The notes under the pieces were generated by a model. The model ran no database searches, was not told the origin of the DNA, and saw nothing but the letters and a program-made list of their open reading frames with translations. A stretch of DNA of 64,000 nucleotides from an uncultured Solirubrobacterales bacterium (lineage in GTDB: Bacteria; Actinomycetota; Thermoleophilia; Solirubrobacterales; Solirubrobacteraceae), in NCBI GenBank assembly GCA_963821775.1, contig CAWGFB010000002.1:160433-224432 (forward strand). Reading direction: 5' to 3'. Position numbers and translations under genes: made by a program. Below are positions 42,133-52,066 of the stretch, in pieces (positions within the stretch are counted from its first letter, which is position 1; every line of letters starts with the position of its first letter).

Positions 42133-42341
42133 TCGCCAAAAGGTGCCAATTTGCAGGGTGCTTTTGGCTCGGCGCTCGTGGTACTCCGGTGGTACTACAA
42201 GTTGCTTCCGATTGCGAGTCGGAGGCGGTCGCGGTGGGCCGTTCGGCGGTTCATTGCTGGCGCGATAGGCCAGATGTAGTGGTGCTGGCCCTTGACGTAC
42301 GAGCGTTCTACAGCCTAAAGTCGAGCGCCGCATCGGGGCCC

Positions 42342-43416
42342 GAGTCAAGTCGGATGTAGTGGTGTAACGCCTGCTCGTCGGTGATGCTGGTGGGGCTCAG
42401 GCGGTGTTGAGCTCGGCTACCTCCTCTCTCGCTGTGTGGGTGTGGTCGTTCTCGTCTTGCGTGGCGTGGAGGAGCGTCATGCTCTCGGCTGAGAGGTAGC
42501 GTCGGCTGATGAGCCACTCGTCGTTCTGCTCGATCAGCAGGGGCGCCGGCGAGGCGGATCGCGGAGAGGTCGTTGGGGAAGATCCCGACGACGTCTGAGC
42601 GGCGGCCGATCTCGCGGTTGACGCGCTCCAGGGGGTTGGTGCTTCTGAGCTTCGACCAGTGGGCCTCGGGGAACGCGTAGAGCGCGAGCAGGTCCTCTTC
42701 GGCGTCCTCGAGCAGCCGGCAGACCTTCGGGACGGCGGGCTCTAGGCGCTCGATGACTTGGCCCATGCGCTCACGCGCCTGAGTGCCGTCTTCGGCGGTG
42801 AATAGCTCCCGCAGGGCCGCGGAGACGAGCCCGCGCTGCGATGGGCGGCAGTGCTGGTGGATGTTGCGCACGAAGTGCACGGTGCAGCGCTGCCACGGGC
42901 ACCCAAGGACACGCTCGATCGCGTGCTTGAGGCCTTCGTGGTGATCGGAGACGGCTAGGCGCACGCCTTGAAGGCCACGGGCCCGCAGGGAGCGCAGGAA
43001 CTCGACCCAGAACGCCTCGGACTCGATCTCACCGAGGTCCAGGCCGATCACCTCCCGGATACCGGACTCGTGCACGGCGTAGGCGATCACGAGCGCCTTG
43101 GAGCGCACGTGCCCACCAGAGCGCACCTTGACGTGCTTGGCGTCGAGCCACAGGTACGGGTAGGCGCCTTCCAAAGGGCGCTCCCGGAAGACCCTGACCT
43201 GCTCATCGAGTGCCCGGCAGAGCGCCGAGACGCGGTCCGTGGTCATCCCCGCGACCCCGAGCTGCTCGACCAGCCGGTCGACCTTGCGGGTGCTCACACC
43301 GTTGACGTATGCCTCCAGGACAAACCGCGACGATCGCCTGCTCAGACCGGCGGCGGGGCTCCAGGAAGCTCCCCGCCTACCCGCCGCTCGTTACACCACT
43401 TCTACCGACACGACCT
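42342..43416 (-). mobile_element. IS256-family element with 5'-deleted transposase
   Basis: Terminal IRs GAGTCAAGTCGGATGTAGTGGTGTAA / TTACACCACTTCTACCGACACGACCT; STRKV, WLDA, WQRCTVHF, STNPLERVNREI motifs; N-terminal part missing. Confidence 0.9.
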
Positions 43417-43476
43417 CGGCCCGGCAAGACTGATCGCCACGGCCAGTGTGGGACGCTCCAGTTCTCACTCGCGTGG

Positions 43477-44865
43477 CTATGGAGGGACAATGCGCCTCGG
43501 CGCCGACCCCGGTGATAGCTCGAAGAGAGCCAGCTCCTGCCCCGTCCCAGTTTTGCCCTGCGCGGCCCCGTGGCGATTTACCACGAGCGACGTGACGGCG
43601 GGAAGTTGGCTGCCGACACGGAGCGCGACTGCCAGGCTGTTCGAGATGACGACCGTTCCACCTGGGCGCGTCGCGTAGTTCTCGGCTCGTCGCTGTTCCC
43701 AACGGTAATCGCCGCCGGGGGGACGGGACAGCACGGGGGAGAGGATGAGCGAGGTACCGACCTCCACGAGGGGACCCAGGTACTGCTCAGTGGCCGCCAG
43801 ATCCTCGCAGATGAGGATCGCGAGTCGGCCGATTGGGAGGTCGAGTACCGGCATGGGTTCCTCCGGAACGCGGTCGAGATCCTCAGTGATCGCGCCAGCG
43901 GACTCGTCCCCCAACCCGTAGGCGGCGCGTTGGGGCGCCTCCAGCCGGAACCGGTTGCGCTTTCGCACCCGCATGATCTCCTCTCCGGTTTGACCGTCCA
44001 GCAGGACCGCGATGTTGCTGGGCGGGTCGGTCTTGGCGAGGTTGCCAGTCCCGGGCAGCAGGAGCCGTAATTCGCTCGGCGTCCGGCGTTCCCTGATCGC
44101 CTTCAGCCACGTCTCGAGAAGTGCGGGGGTCAGGGTGCTCTCTGGCAACACCGCTATTTGCGCCCCTGTCCGATCGATGCGTTCGAGAACGCGGGGCACT
44201 CGGTCGTGAAGCGCCGCGCCGTTCTGCGCCTCCGCAGCGAAGCGTTCGTGGCCGCGGCGACGCGAGACCTTCCAGCAGAGCTCGCCGCCGTCGGATATCA
44301 GGCTGGGGCAGGCGACGAGGATGGCTCGCCCCTGATCCCATGAGCGAAACGCCGACGGCGCCGCGGGATCCGGTGGCCGTAGGAGCCGGACGGCTCGGCT
44401 GGTCTGCTCGGAGACCCGCAAGACCGTGGCGAAGAGGTCGACGAGACGATCGGGCGGACCGCTCTGCGCCTCCGTGAATCGAGGCAGCAGGGCTCCTGGC
44501 ACATCGGCGCTGCAGAGCGAGCCGGTGGCCCGGTAGCGCTCGGCGACATCGAGCAGGCCGTCGCAGAGCGATAGCGGATCGCCTCGGCTGGGATGGACCT
44601 CGACGAGCGCGGCGTCGAGACCGTACAGATACGCGGCGGCCAGCTTCGTCACCGGCCAGTCGCAGCCGAGGCCGCCCGCGGGCGGCCAGGCGATCCGCGC
44701 CTCGCCACTCCCCGCCTCCCGCGCGACCGTCTCGACAAGGCGGCTGAACCCGGGCTCGGAGCGCCACGCCTCGATCCCGCGCAGCAGCTCCGCTTGGTCA
44801 ACGCGGTCGTAAAGCGCGCAAAATGCGTCCGCCGGGTCTGGCAGGATCTCATCTATACTTGACAT
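43477..44865 (-). CDS. Nitrilase/carbon-nitrogen hydrolase-superfamily protein with N-terminal extension
   Basis: Glu-Lys-Cys triad motifs IAVLPE, RKRNRF, LICEDL; VVISNS. Confidence 0.75.
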   Translation of the reverse strand: MSSIDEILPDPADAFCALYDRVDQAELLRGIEAWRSEPGFSRLVETVAREAGSGEARIAWPPAGGLGCDWPVTKLAAAYLYGLDAALVEVHPSRGDPLSLCDGLLDVAERYRATGSLCSADVPGALLPRFTEAQSGPPDRLVDLFATVLRVSEQTSRAVRLLRPPDPAAPSAFRSWDQGRAILVACPSLISDGGELCWKVSRRRGHERFAAEAQNGAALHDRVPRVLERIDRTGAQIAVLPESTLTPALLETWLKAIRERRTPSELRLLLPGTGNLAKTDPPSNIAVLLDGQTGEEIMRVRKRNRFRLEAPQRAAYGLGDESAGAITEDLDRVPEEPMPVLDLPIGRLAILICEDLAATEQYLGPLVEVGTSLILSPVLSRPPGGDYRWEQRRAENYATRPGGTVVISNSLAVALRVGSQLPAVTSLVVNRHGAAQGKTGTGQELALFELSPGSAPRRIVPP

Positions 44866-44887
44866 ATACTTGACGCCATCTATTCTA
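44854..44887. promoter_or_regulatory. Overlapping divergent promoter with tandem repeat TATACTTGAC x2
   Basis: Repeats at 44854 and 44865; TTGACA(44859)-N16-TATTCT(44881) on +; TAGAAT (44887-44882) on -. Confidence 0.65.
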
Positions 44888-44898
44888 CACGGATCCCC

Positions 44899-46268
44899 AT
44901 GAGCAAGATCGAGAAATCCCGAAAATCGGCATCATCTGACCCCGAGCGCGAAACGCATAGGTCTGTGATCGCTTGGCTGGCCGTCCTTGGCCCCGAGCGG
45001 CCCGAACCACAGCCGCACGAGCTCGATGCCGCGGCGCGGCGGCTAACCCGCCTGATCGTCCGACGCGAATCCGATCGCCTTCGCGAAGTCGAGGGGGAGC
45101 TGCGCGCTCTGCTCGTAGCGTGGCTGTTGGCAGCAGCCGAGCGAGAAGACCGAATGGGACTCGCCAGCTTCGTGCGCGCGCTGTCGCTCGTCGCGTCCGC
45201 CGCGAACGAACAGCACCCCGCGCCGGACACGGTCGACGCTGTCGCGGTCGGCTCGATCGCTGAGCGGTTCATTGAGGCTCTCAGCAACGAGGGCGAGCTC
45301 AACAACAGCGCCCTGGCCGCGCAACTGGGCAAGGATCTGACTGAGATCAGCCGGACGGGAGGGCGTCTCATCGAACTCGGGCTCGTCACAAAGACGCGAG
45401 CGGGCAAAAGCAAGTTCTGGCGCGTGACGCCGTGGGGAGAGGCGGCTCTGCGCGAGACGGCACGGCGACACGTAGAGAGGCGCAAGCTGAACCCGGAATT
45501 CGTGGTGCCCAGAGGCCTGCTCGCCCGGTATGTCCGTCAGCATGAGCGGTCCCGGCCGCACTTTGCGGGCGATGCGAAGCTCCCCGCGGCGCCAGAGATG
45601 CTGCGCTCGGCGCTCAACGACCACGACGGCCGGGAGGCGGTTGCTCGAGAGCTGCGCACCTGGGCGCCATTTGGCGAATTTTCTCCAGCTGGGCCGATCA
45701 AGTTCGCGACGCTCCGCAATACGAACAGTGCGATCTGGGAGCTGCTCGCTGCGGCGGTGGACACAACGCCCGGAGAGCTGCGGACCGGGTTTACCCGGTT
45801 CTGGCCGGCCGCGCCCCCACGTCTTGATGCGGTTGGCGCAGTGAGAGGCCGAGCCGGCGAGCTTGCCCTCGTCCTTCTAGACGCTCCGCAGCGTCCGGCC
45901 GCGTTCGGCCGGACGACGACGCTTGCCTCTACGGCGCATGTGAAGCGAGCACGCATAGCCGTCGACAAGACATTCGCGGCGCTTCAAGTATCAACGACCG
46001 ATATCCCCATAGCCGACGCTAAATACCCGGACTGGGTCAAGCGTCTGGTGCTTCAGCACTATCTCAGGGAGACCTATCCGCTGGCGGCAGTCTGGGCCGC
46101 TCACGTGTGCTTCATCGCGGAGCCAGATACCACCAGCGGAGGACTGCCGTCGGCGCGGCGGGACTGGGAGTCGCCTACGACGACGCCCTTGGTCCGCGAG
46201 TTCGTGAGGCGCTGGAGGACGTCGCCGAGATCTTCCCTGCGCCGGCGCTCGAGGTCTCCTATGGGTAA
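44899..46268 (+). CDS. Winged-HTH protein fused to a probably inactive PD-(D/E)XK-like domain (frameshift near 46172 inferred)
   Basis: MarR-like LNNSALAAQLGKDLTEISRTGGRLIELGLV; FWP..PRLDAVG..VLLDAP; alternative frame ends AYDDALG..DVAEIF..YG* at 46268. Confidence 0.6.
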
Positions 46269-46764
46269 GGCCGTCTATATCTCGAGCGCGCTCGGCTTCA
46301 CGGAGGCCGGCACGCAGTACTACGCGGGCCTCGTCGACCGGCTCCGCAACGAGGGCTTTCATGTTCTCGACCCTTGGGCCTTCGAGAGCGGCGAATCGAC
46401 GAAAGAATGGCAGCTCTACGCCGAGCTGGCCGGGGGGACGATCCCACTCGAGGTTTGCTCCGCGATCGGAATGCGCAATGTCGGGCTCGCCGACCAAGCG
46501 GACGCGGTGCTCGCCGTGCTCGATGGCGCCGACGTCGATAGCGGCGTGGCGTGCGAGGTCGGCTACGCGCTGGCGAAGGGCAAACCGGTCATTGGTCTCC
46601 GCACCGACAGACGCCGATGTGGAGACAGCGTCGGCATCAACATCAACCTGCAGGTGCTGTATGCGGTTCTGCACCATGAGCTGGGCGATTACGTGGAGTC
46701 CGTGGAGCGCGCGGTCCACAGCCTGCACGTCGCCGTGAGCAGCCTGAGTCGCGCCGCAGCATGA
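46261..46764 (+). CDS. Nucleoside 2-deoxyribosyltransferase / nucleotide N-glycosidase family protein
   Basis: VYISSALGF, LDPW, LDGADVDSGVACEVGYALAKGKPVIGLRTD; GAGG RBS before ATG 46261. Confidence 0.85.
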   Translation: MGKAVYISSALGFTEAGTQYYAGLVDRLRNEGFHVLDPWAFESGESTKEWQLYAELAGGTIPLEVCSAIGMRNVGLADQADAVLAVLDGADVDSGVACEVGYALAKGKPVIGLRTDRRRCGDSVGININLQVLYAVLHHELGDYVESVERAVHSLHVAVSSLSRAAA

Positions 46765-47783
46765 CGCAGCGCCCCGTTCCGCTGGCTGAGCTGCACGTAC
46801 ACCTCGAAGGCACAGCAACCCTGCCGACGCTACGGCTCCTCGCGGGTCGGCACAACGTTCCCGCCGACCACGCTGTGTTCACCCGCGGCCCAGCTTTGTG
46901 CTGGAGCGATTTCCACTCCTTTCTCGACGCTTACGACGCCGCCGCAGGGGCTTTCCGTACACCCCGGGATTACGAAACGGTCGCCACCAGCTATCTCGAG
47001 GCGCTTGCACGAGCGGGTGCACTGTACGTCGAGTTGACACTTGCACCCCAGCTTGCCGCCGATAACGGGGTCGCCCTGCGAGATCTCCTTCGAGCCGTCG
47101 AACGCAGCATCCGCCGTGCGCGTGACGCGCAAGGTATCGAGGCAAGGATCCTAGTGACCGCGATCCGTCATAGGCCTCCCAGAGACGCCGAGCTGCTCGC
47201 GCGGGAGGTGGACCGCAACATGAGCAACCTCGTTACCGGCTTCGGCCTGGCCGGCGACGAGCAGGTAGCCGCCTCTCGCTTCGCGAGGGCGATAGAGATT
47301 GCCCGTGCGGCGGGTCTCGGAATCAGCGTTCACGCCGGAGAGATCGCTGGGCCCGCGAGCGTGTGGGACGCTCTCTCCTTGCCGATCGATCGCATCGGTC
47401 ACGGCGCCCGTGCCATCGAGGACTCACGGCTCGTCGAGGAGCTCGTTGCTCGGCGGATAACACTTGAGTGCTGCCCGGGGAGCAATATTGCTCTCGGGAT
47501 CTACCGCGATATGCAAAGCCATCCAGCTCGGGCGCTGCGTGACGCCGGCGTGCTGGTGACGCTGAACTCCGACGACCCCGCGTTCTTCTCGACAAGCCTC
47601 ACGGATGAGTATGAGAATGCAGCGCTGGTATTTGATTGGAGCAGGGCCGACCTCCGCGGAATCACCGCGAACGCCCTGCACGCGGCATTTCTTGACGAGC
47701 AGACCCGCTCATGTCTGCTGGGTGCACTCGCACGCGCCCTCGGTGGCGGACCCGACGATCATTCTGGACCTGCAGATCCGTGA
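46761..47783 (+). CDS. add: Adenosine/adenine deaminase
   Basis: ELHVHLEG, HAGE, RIGHG, NSDDP; ATGA overlap with the upstream gene. Confidence 0.92.
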   Translation: MTQRPVPLAELHVHLEGTATLPTLRLLAGRHNVPADHAVFTRGPALCWSDFHSFLDAYDAAAGAFRTPRDYETVATSYLEALARAGALYVELTLAPQLAADNGVALRDLLRAVERSIRRARDAQGIEARILVTAIRHRPPRDAELLAREVDRNMSNLVTGFGLAGDEQVAASRFARAIEIARAAGLGISVHAGEIAGPASVWDALSLPIDRIGHGARAIEDSRLVEELVARRITLECCPGSNIALGIYRDMQSHPARALRDAGVLVTLNSDDPAFFSTSLTDEYENAALVFDWSRADLRGITANALHAAFLDEQTRSCLLGALARALGGGPDDHSGPADP

Positions 47784-47969
47784 GTCGATCTTGTCTTGAA
47801 GCGGAGGCTCGTGGCCACTGTAAAGGGCGAGCGGAGTAGTAGGTCTCAGAGTAGTCGCCGCTGTGCCGCATACCTGAAGAGCGGTGCGGCCAAGATCGGG
47901 GAAACCAGGTGTATCCATAGATGTACACCTTTGCTACGATGGATCACATGAGTCCACGGGGTCGATGAG

Positions 47970-48218
47970 GTGCTGCCGACGCGGGAGGCGCGAGCGAAGC
48001 TGCCGTCGCTGCTGGCGGGCTTCCGTGCTCGTGGCGCGGAGGCCGATCCGGTGGTGATCGGCGCGCACCGACGCCCGGAGGTTGTCGTCCTCTCTTACGA
48101 GCGCTATCTGGCGATGCTGAGCGGCCGCGAGCGGGTCAGGGCCATCCTTGCCGACCGCCGCGCCGCCGGGGGTGGCATGAGCGCTGCTCGATCGCAAGAG
48201 CGCCCTGGGTTGCCTTGA
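47970..48218 (+). CDS. Phd/YefM-like antitoxin (orphan, possibly truncated)
   Basis: PTREARAKLPSLL..PVVIGAHRRPEVVVLSYERY; upstream IR AGGTGTA..TACACCT. Confidence 0.65.
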   Translation: MLPTREARAKLPSLLAGFRARGAEADPVVIGAHRRPEVVVLSYERYLAMLSGRERVRAILADRRAAGGGMSAARSQERPGLP

Positions 48219-48561
48219 CGGCGGCTATCTGCGAGTCGATGTTCACGAGCGAAGTGTGCCCTGGCTACAGGACGGGCCTTCGGCATCGCTGAACACAGCT
48301 GGAGCCAGGGTTGGGCGCCATCGTGATCCCTGATGGTTGAGCCGACCTGCAAAATTCCTGCCGTATCGCTCAAGTCACCAGGAGTCGGATCGATTCTGCT
48401 TCGGCGGGATCGTCCGATCTGCGCGCCCAGGGGCACGACGGTGTCGAGGATCTGCTCGCAGCCGAGGAGGACGACACGTGCGAGTCGAACCGTTGCGGCT
48501 CTCACGCTCTTCACTGTTTTCGCTCGCAGATAGCGAGCGGGACCGAAATTGCGGCACTCGC

Positions 48562-49209
48562 TCAGTGCAGCGCGTCTCGTGGCGGCTTGACGCCGATGAG
48601 CAGGGCCATCTCAAGCCACTTCCAGTAGCAGTCCACGTCGTCGAAGCCGAGTGCGCGCAGCCATTGGAGTTGGGTCTGTACGTCGAGTAGGCGGTCGGAT
48701 GGGTCCTCGTCCGCGCTCGGCTCGCCGATCGCCGCAAAGAACGCCACGTGCAGGCGGTGGGTTGCCGACGCCACGTGCTCGAAGTTCGCGAACACGCCAC
48801 CGGGCACCAGCAAGTCGAAGACCTCGCCGTAGAGTGAGCGCTTGCGGTCGTGTTTGAGATGGTGGATCGCGAACGACGAGATGACGGCGTCGAAGCATCC
48901 GAGTGCGGGGAGCGACTCGGCCAGGTCGTGTTGGATGAGCTCGACTCGCTGATCGCCGGCGAACCGCTTGCGTGCGGCGGCGAGCATGACCTCGGAGAAG
49001 TCGACGCCGACGCCAACGATCTCGGGACGATCGCGTTTGAGAAGCGCGAGCAGGCGGCCGTCGCCCGTCCCGAGGTCGAGGACACGACGAGCGTCCTCGG
49101 GGATGTGCTCGAGCAGGACGCTCTCGCCCTCGGCGCGGTGCGGGAACCCGTCCGCCCGGTCGAGGTAGCAAAGGACACGCTCGGGGATGGTCCACTCGTT
49201 GGGCGGCAC
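48562..49209 (-). CDS. Class I SAM-dependent methyltransferase
   Basis: VLDLGTGDG, VDFS, SSFAIHH. Confidence 0.9.
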   Translation of the reverse strand: MPPNEWTIPERVLCYLDRADGFPHRAEGESVLLEHIPEDARRVLDLGTGDGRLLALLKRDRPEIVGVGVDFSEVMLAAARKRFAGDQRVELIQHDLAESLPALGCFDAVISSFAIHHLKHDRKRSLYGEVFDLLVPGGVFANFEHVASATHRLHVAFFAAIGEPSADEDPSDRLLDVQTQLQWLRALGFDDVDCYWKWLEMALLIGVKPPRDALH

Positions 49210-49277
49210 GCTTGCATTATCGCGCTGTCGCGCCGCCCGCCAAGCAGTGCGCTGTCGGCTACGCTGACCGGCGAGTA

Positions 49278-49913
49278 ATGGCCGAACATGCCTCGCATCC
49301 GATGTTCGCCCGCATCTATGCGAGGGTTGCGGAGATCAGCGAGCGTCGCGGCGGCGCCGAGCATCGACGCAAGCTGCTCACCGGCTTGCAGGGCCGAGTG
49401 GTTGAGGTGGGTGCCGGCAGCGGCGCGAACTTCCGGCACTACCCGACCTCGGTCAGCGAGGTCGTTGCCGTCGAGCCCGAGCCCTACCTGCGTGTACGGG
49501 CCGAGCGCGCCGCATCGGGGGCGCCCGTCTTGGTCTCTGTGACGCACGGTGGCGCCGATCGTCTTCCGGGGGAGGCGGAATCCTACGATGCCGGGGTGGT
49601 TGCGCTCGTGCTCTGCACGGTGCCCGATCAGCGGTCGGCGCTCGCGGAGCTCTACCGCGTGATCCGTCCCGGTGGCGAGCTGCGCTTCTACGAGCATGTG
49701 CTCGCCCACTCAAGATGGGAGGCTCGCTTTCAGCGGTTCTCCGATGCGACCTTCTGGCCCCGCCTCGCGGGCGGTTGTCACCTGGCGCGCGACACGACGG
49801 CCGCGATCGAGCGCGCGGGGTTTCGGATCGAGACGTTCGAGCGCTTTCGCTACAGCCCCGCCCCGTTCCTCCCGTCCGATCCGCATGTGCTCGGCGTGGC
49901 GCGTCGTGCCTGA
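49278..49913 (+). CDS. Class I SAM-dependent methyltransferase
   Basis: VEVGAGSGAN, LVLCTV, RPGGELRFYEH. Confidence 0.9.
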   Translation: MAEHASHPMFARIYARVAEISERRGGAEHRRKLLTGLQGRVVEVGAGSGANFRHYPTSVSEVVAVEPEPYLRVRAERAASGAPVLVSVTHGGADRLPGEAESYDAGVVALVLCTVPDQRSALAELYRVIRPGGELRFYEHVLAHSRWEARFQRFSDATFWPRLAGGCHLARDTTAAIERAGFRIETFERFRYSPAPFLPSDPHVLGVARRA

Positions 49914-49949
49914 CCGTGGGCGCTTTCCGCTCGCGCTGGTTGAGATCGG

Positions 49950-51315
49950 TCACTCTGCCTTGGCCTGCTTGATGCTTGCGGCAAGTGCGGCGACTGCCGG
50001 CTTGATGGTGGCGTGTGTGAGGTTGGCGTAGCCAACGACGACTGCGGGGGTGCTGGTGCCGAGTCCCTCCAGGGCGATGCCCCGCGAGCGCGCCGCATCG
50101 AGCACCGCCTGCTCGGTGAGGCCGTCGGGGAGGTGCAGCACGACGTACAGACCGGCGGCGGCGCCGTGGATGGTGACGTCGGGGAGCTTGGCGGCGAGCG
50201 CGGCCAGCAGTTCGTCGCGCTGGCGTCGGTACCGTCGCCGCTGGCGGCGCAGGTGACGGTCGAGTTCTCCGCGCTCGATCAGATCGGCCAGCGCGAGCTG
50301 TCCGAGTGGTGCTGGCATTCCGCCGCGCACTCGCTGGCGGTCGGCGACGGGTTTCACAAGGTGCGGTGGGAGGGCCAGCCAGCCAAGGCGAACCGCTGGG
50401 GCCAGTGTCTTGCTCGTCGAGCCGCCGTACACGACGCGCTCGGGCGCGAGACCCTGGAGCGAGCCGATCGGCTGGCGGTCGTAGCGGTACTCGGCGTCGT
50501 AGTCATCCTCGACGATCAGCGCACCTCGCTGTTGCGCCCATGCGAGCAGCGCTGCCCGACGGGGCGAGGAGAGAACCGCGCCGGTGGGGTACTGATGGGC
50601 AGGTGCGACGGCTACTGCGTCGACGTCCTCATACTCCAGATACTCGACGATCAGCCCATCCCGGTCGACTGGGAGTAAGACGACCTCCAGTCCAGCGGCG
50701 CTCGCGGTCTCGCCGAACCCTCGCCAGCCGGGGTCCTCTGCGGCGACACGTCGAGCTCCTTCTGCGACGAGGGCCGACCACAGGAGATCGATGCCCTGGC
50801 GCAGACCGTTTGTAACCACGATCTGCTCGGGGTCGGCGCGCACGCCGCGGACTCGCCCGAGGTAGGCGGCGAGCGTGGAACGCAGTCTCGGGGGTACCGG
50901 CGGGGTCTGGGTAGGCAAGGCGCTCGTCCGGCACCGTGCGGAGCACCCGTGCCAAAGCGGAGGACCACGCCGTTCGCGGGAAGCGGCTCAGCGCCGGGCG
51001 GAACGGGCTCATGTCGTGGCGAACCGGCGGAGTTGGCCTGGCGTTGGCCAGCATTGGGCGGTCCAGTGCAACCGCCGCGGCGACTGTCGTTCCCCCGCCG
51101 CGCCGGGTGTGCAGGTAGCCTTCGGCCGCCAGTTGGGCGTATGCGTCTACGACCACGCCCCGCGACACGCCGAGCTCGACGCAAAGCGAGCGCGTGGGGG
51201 GGAGCTTCGTGCCCGAGAGGAGGCGTCCACTGCGGATGGCCTCACGCAGCGCATCCTCCAGGCGGGCCCGCAGCGACCGCCCGGCGGCGTCAGGAAGATC
51301 GAGGTGGAGGTCCAT
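49950..51315 (-). CDS. MocR/GabR-family GntR-PLP regulator (frameshift near 50900)
   Basis: LPPTRSLCVELGVSRGVVVDAY, PAHQYPTG, EDDYD, SKTLAP. Confidence 0.88.
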
Positions 51316-51448
51316 TGGCCCCAGATTTTGATGTCTACTTGGCCCGTGTGGCGGGCCAACTCTGAAGTAGCGTATCGAGCGTGACCTACGATCTACCCAC
51401 CCAAACGCGAGCCCATCATGTGTTCGCCACGTACGCTGTACAGGCTGG

Positions 51449-52066
51449 ATGTGGAACGGGCTGACAGCGCGTCTTGAGGGGCAGTTGGTCGTGCTGGAGC
51501 CGCTACACCCCCGTCACCGGGAGGGTATGTTCGCCGCGTCACAACACCCGGAGATCTGGACTTGGACGATCCCGAGAGGCAAGAGCCCGGAGCACTTCCA
51601 GCGTTGGTTTGAGGCCACTCTCGCGGCGTGTGAGGCTGGGAGTGAGTGCGTGTTCGCAACCCTGGATCGCGCGAGCGGACGGCCGATCGGCAGCACGGGC
51701 TACCACGAGTTGCGCCAAAGCCACAGGGGTCTTGAGATCGGTGGCACATGGCTGGAGCCGACGGCTTGGTGCACCGGGGTGAACATCGAAACGAAGCTGT
51801 TGATGCTGGAGCACGCCTTCGAGCGTCTCGGCTGTATGCGCGTGGAGTTCAAGACCGACAGCCGCAACGAGCGTTCCCGCGCCGCGCTTGCCGCGCTGCC
51901 GGCTCGCTTCGAGGGAATCTTTCGCCGGCACATGATCATCGAGGACGTCGGCGTGCGGGATTCCGCCTACTACAGCGTGATCGACGATGAGTGGCCGGCC
52001 GTTCGTGAGAACCTGGAGCGTCGGCTGAAGGCCGCGCGGCAACGCCACCAGCAAGCGTGTCGATGA
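51449..52066 (+). CDS. GNAT acetyltransferase (RimJ/RimL type)
   Basis: LEIGGTW, RVEFKTD..NERS, FEGIFR. Confidence 0.88.
   Translation: MWNGLTARLEGQLVVLEPLHPRHREGMFAASQHPEIWTWTIPRGKSPEHFQRWFEATLAACEAGSECVFATLDRASGRPIGSTGYHELRQSHRGLEIGGTWLEPTAWCTGVNIETKLLMLEHAFERLGCMRVEFKTDSRNERSRAALAALPARFEGIFRRHMIIEDVGVRDSAYYSVIDDEWPAVRENLERRLKAARQRHQQACR

Noticed and set aside
46761-47783. Assignment of the ADA locus to RADAR or Kongming
   Set aside because: No RdrA-like ATPase and no HAM1 or Sir2 partner is visible, so it is not a canonical instance of either.
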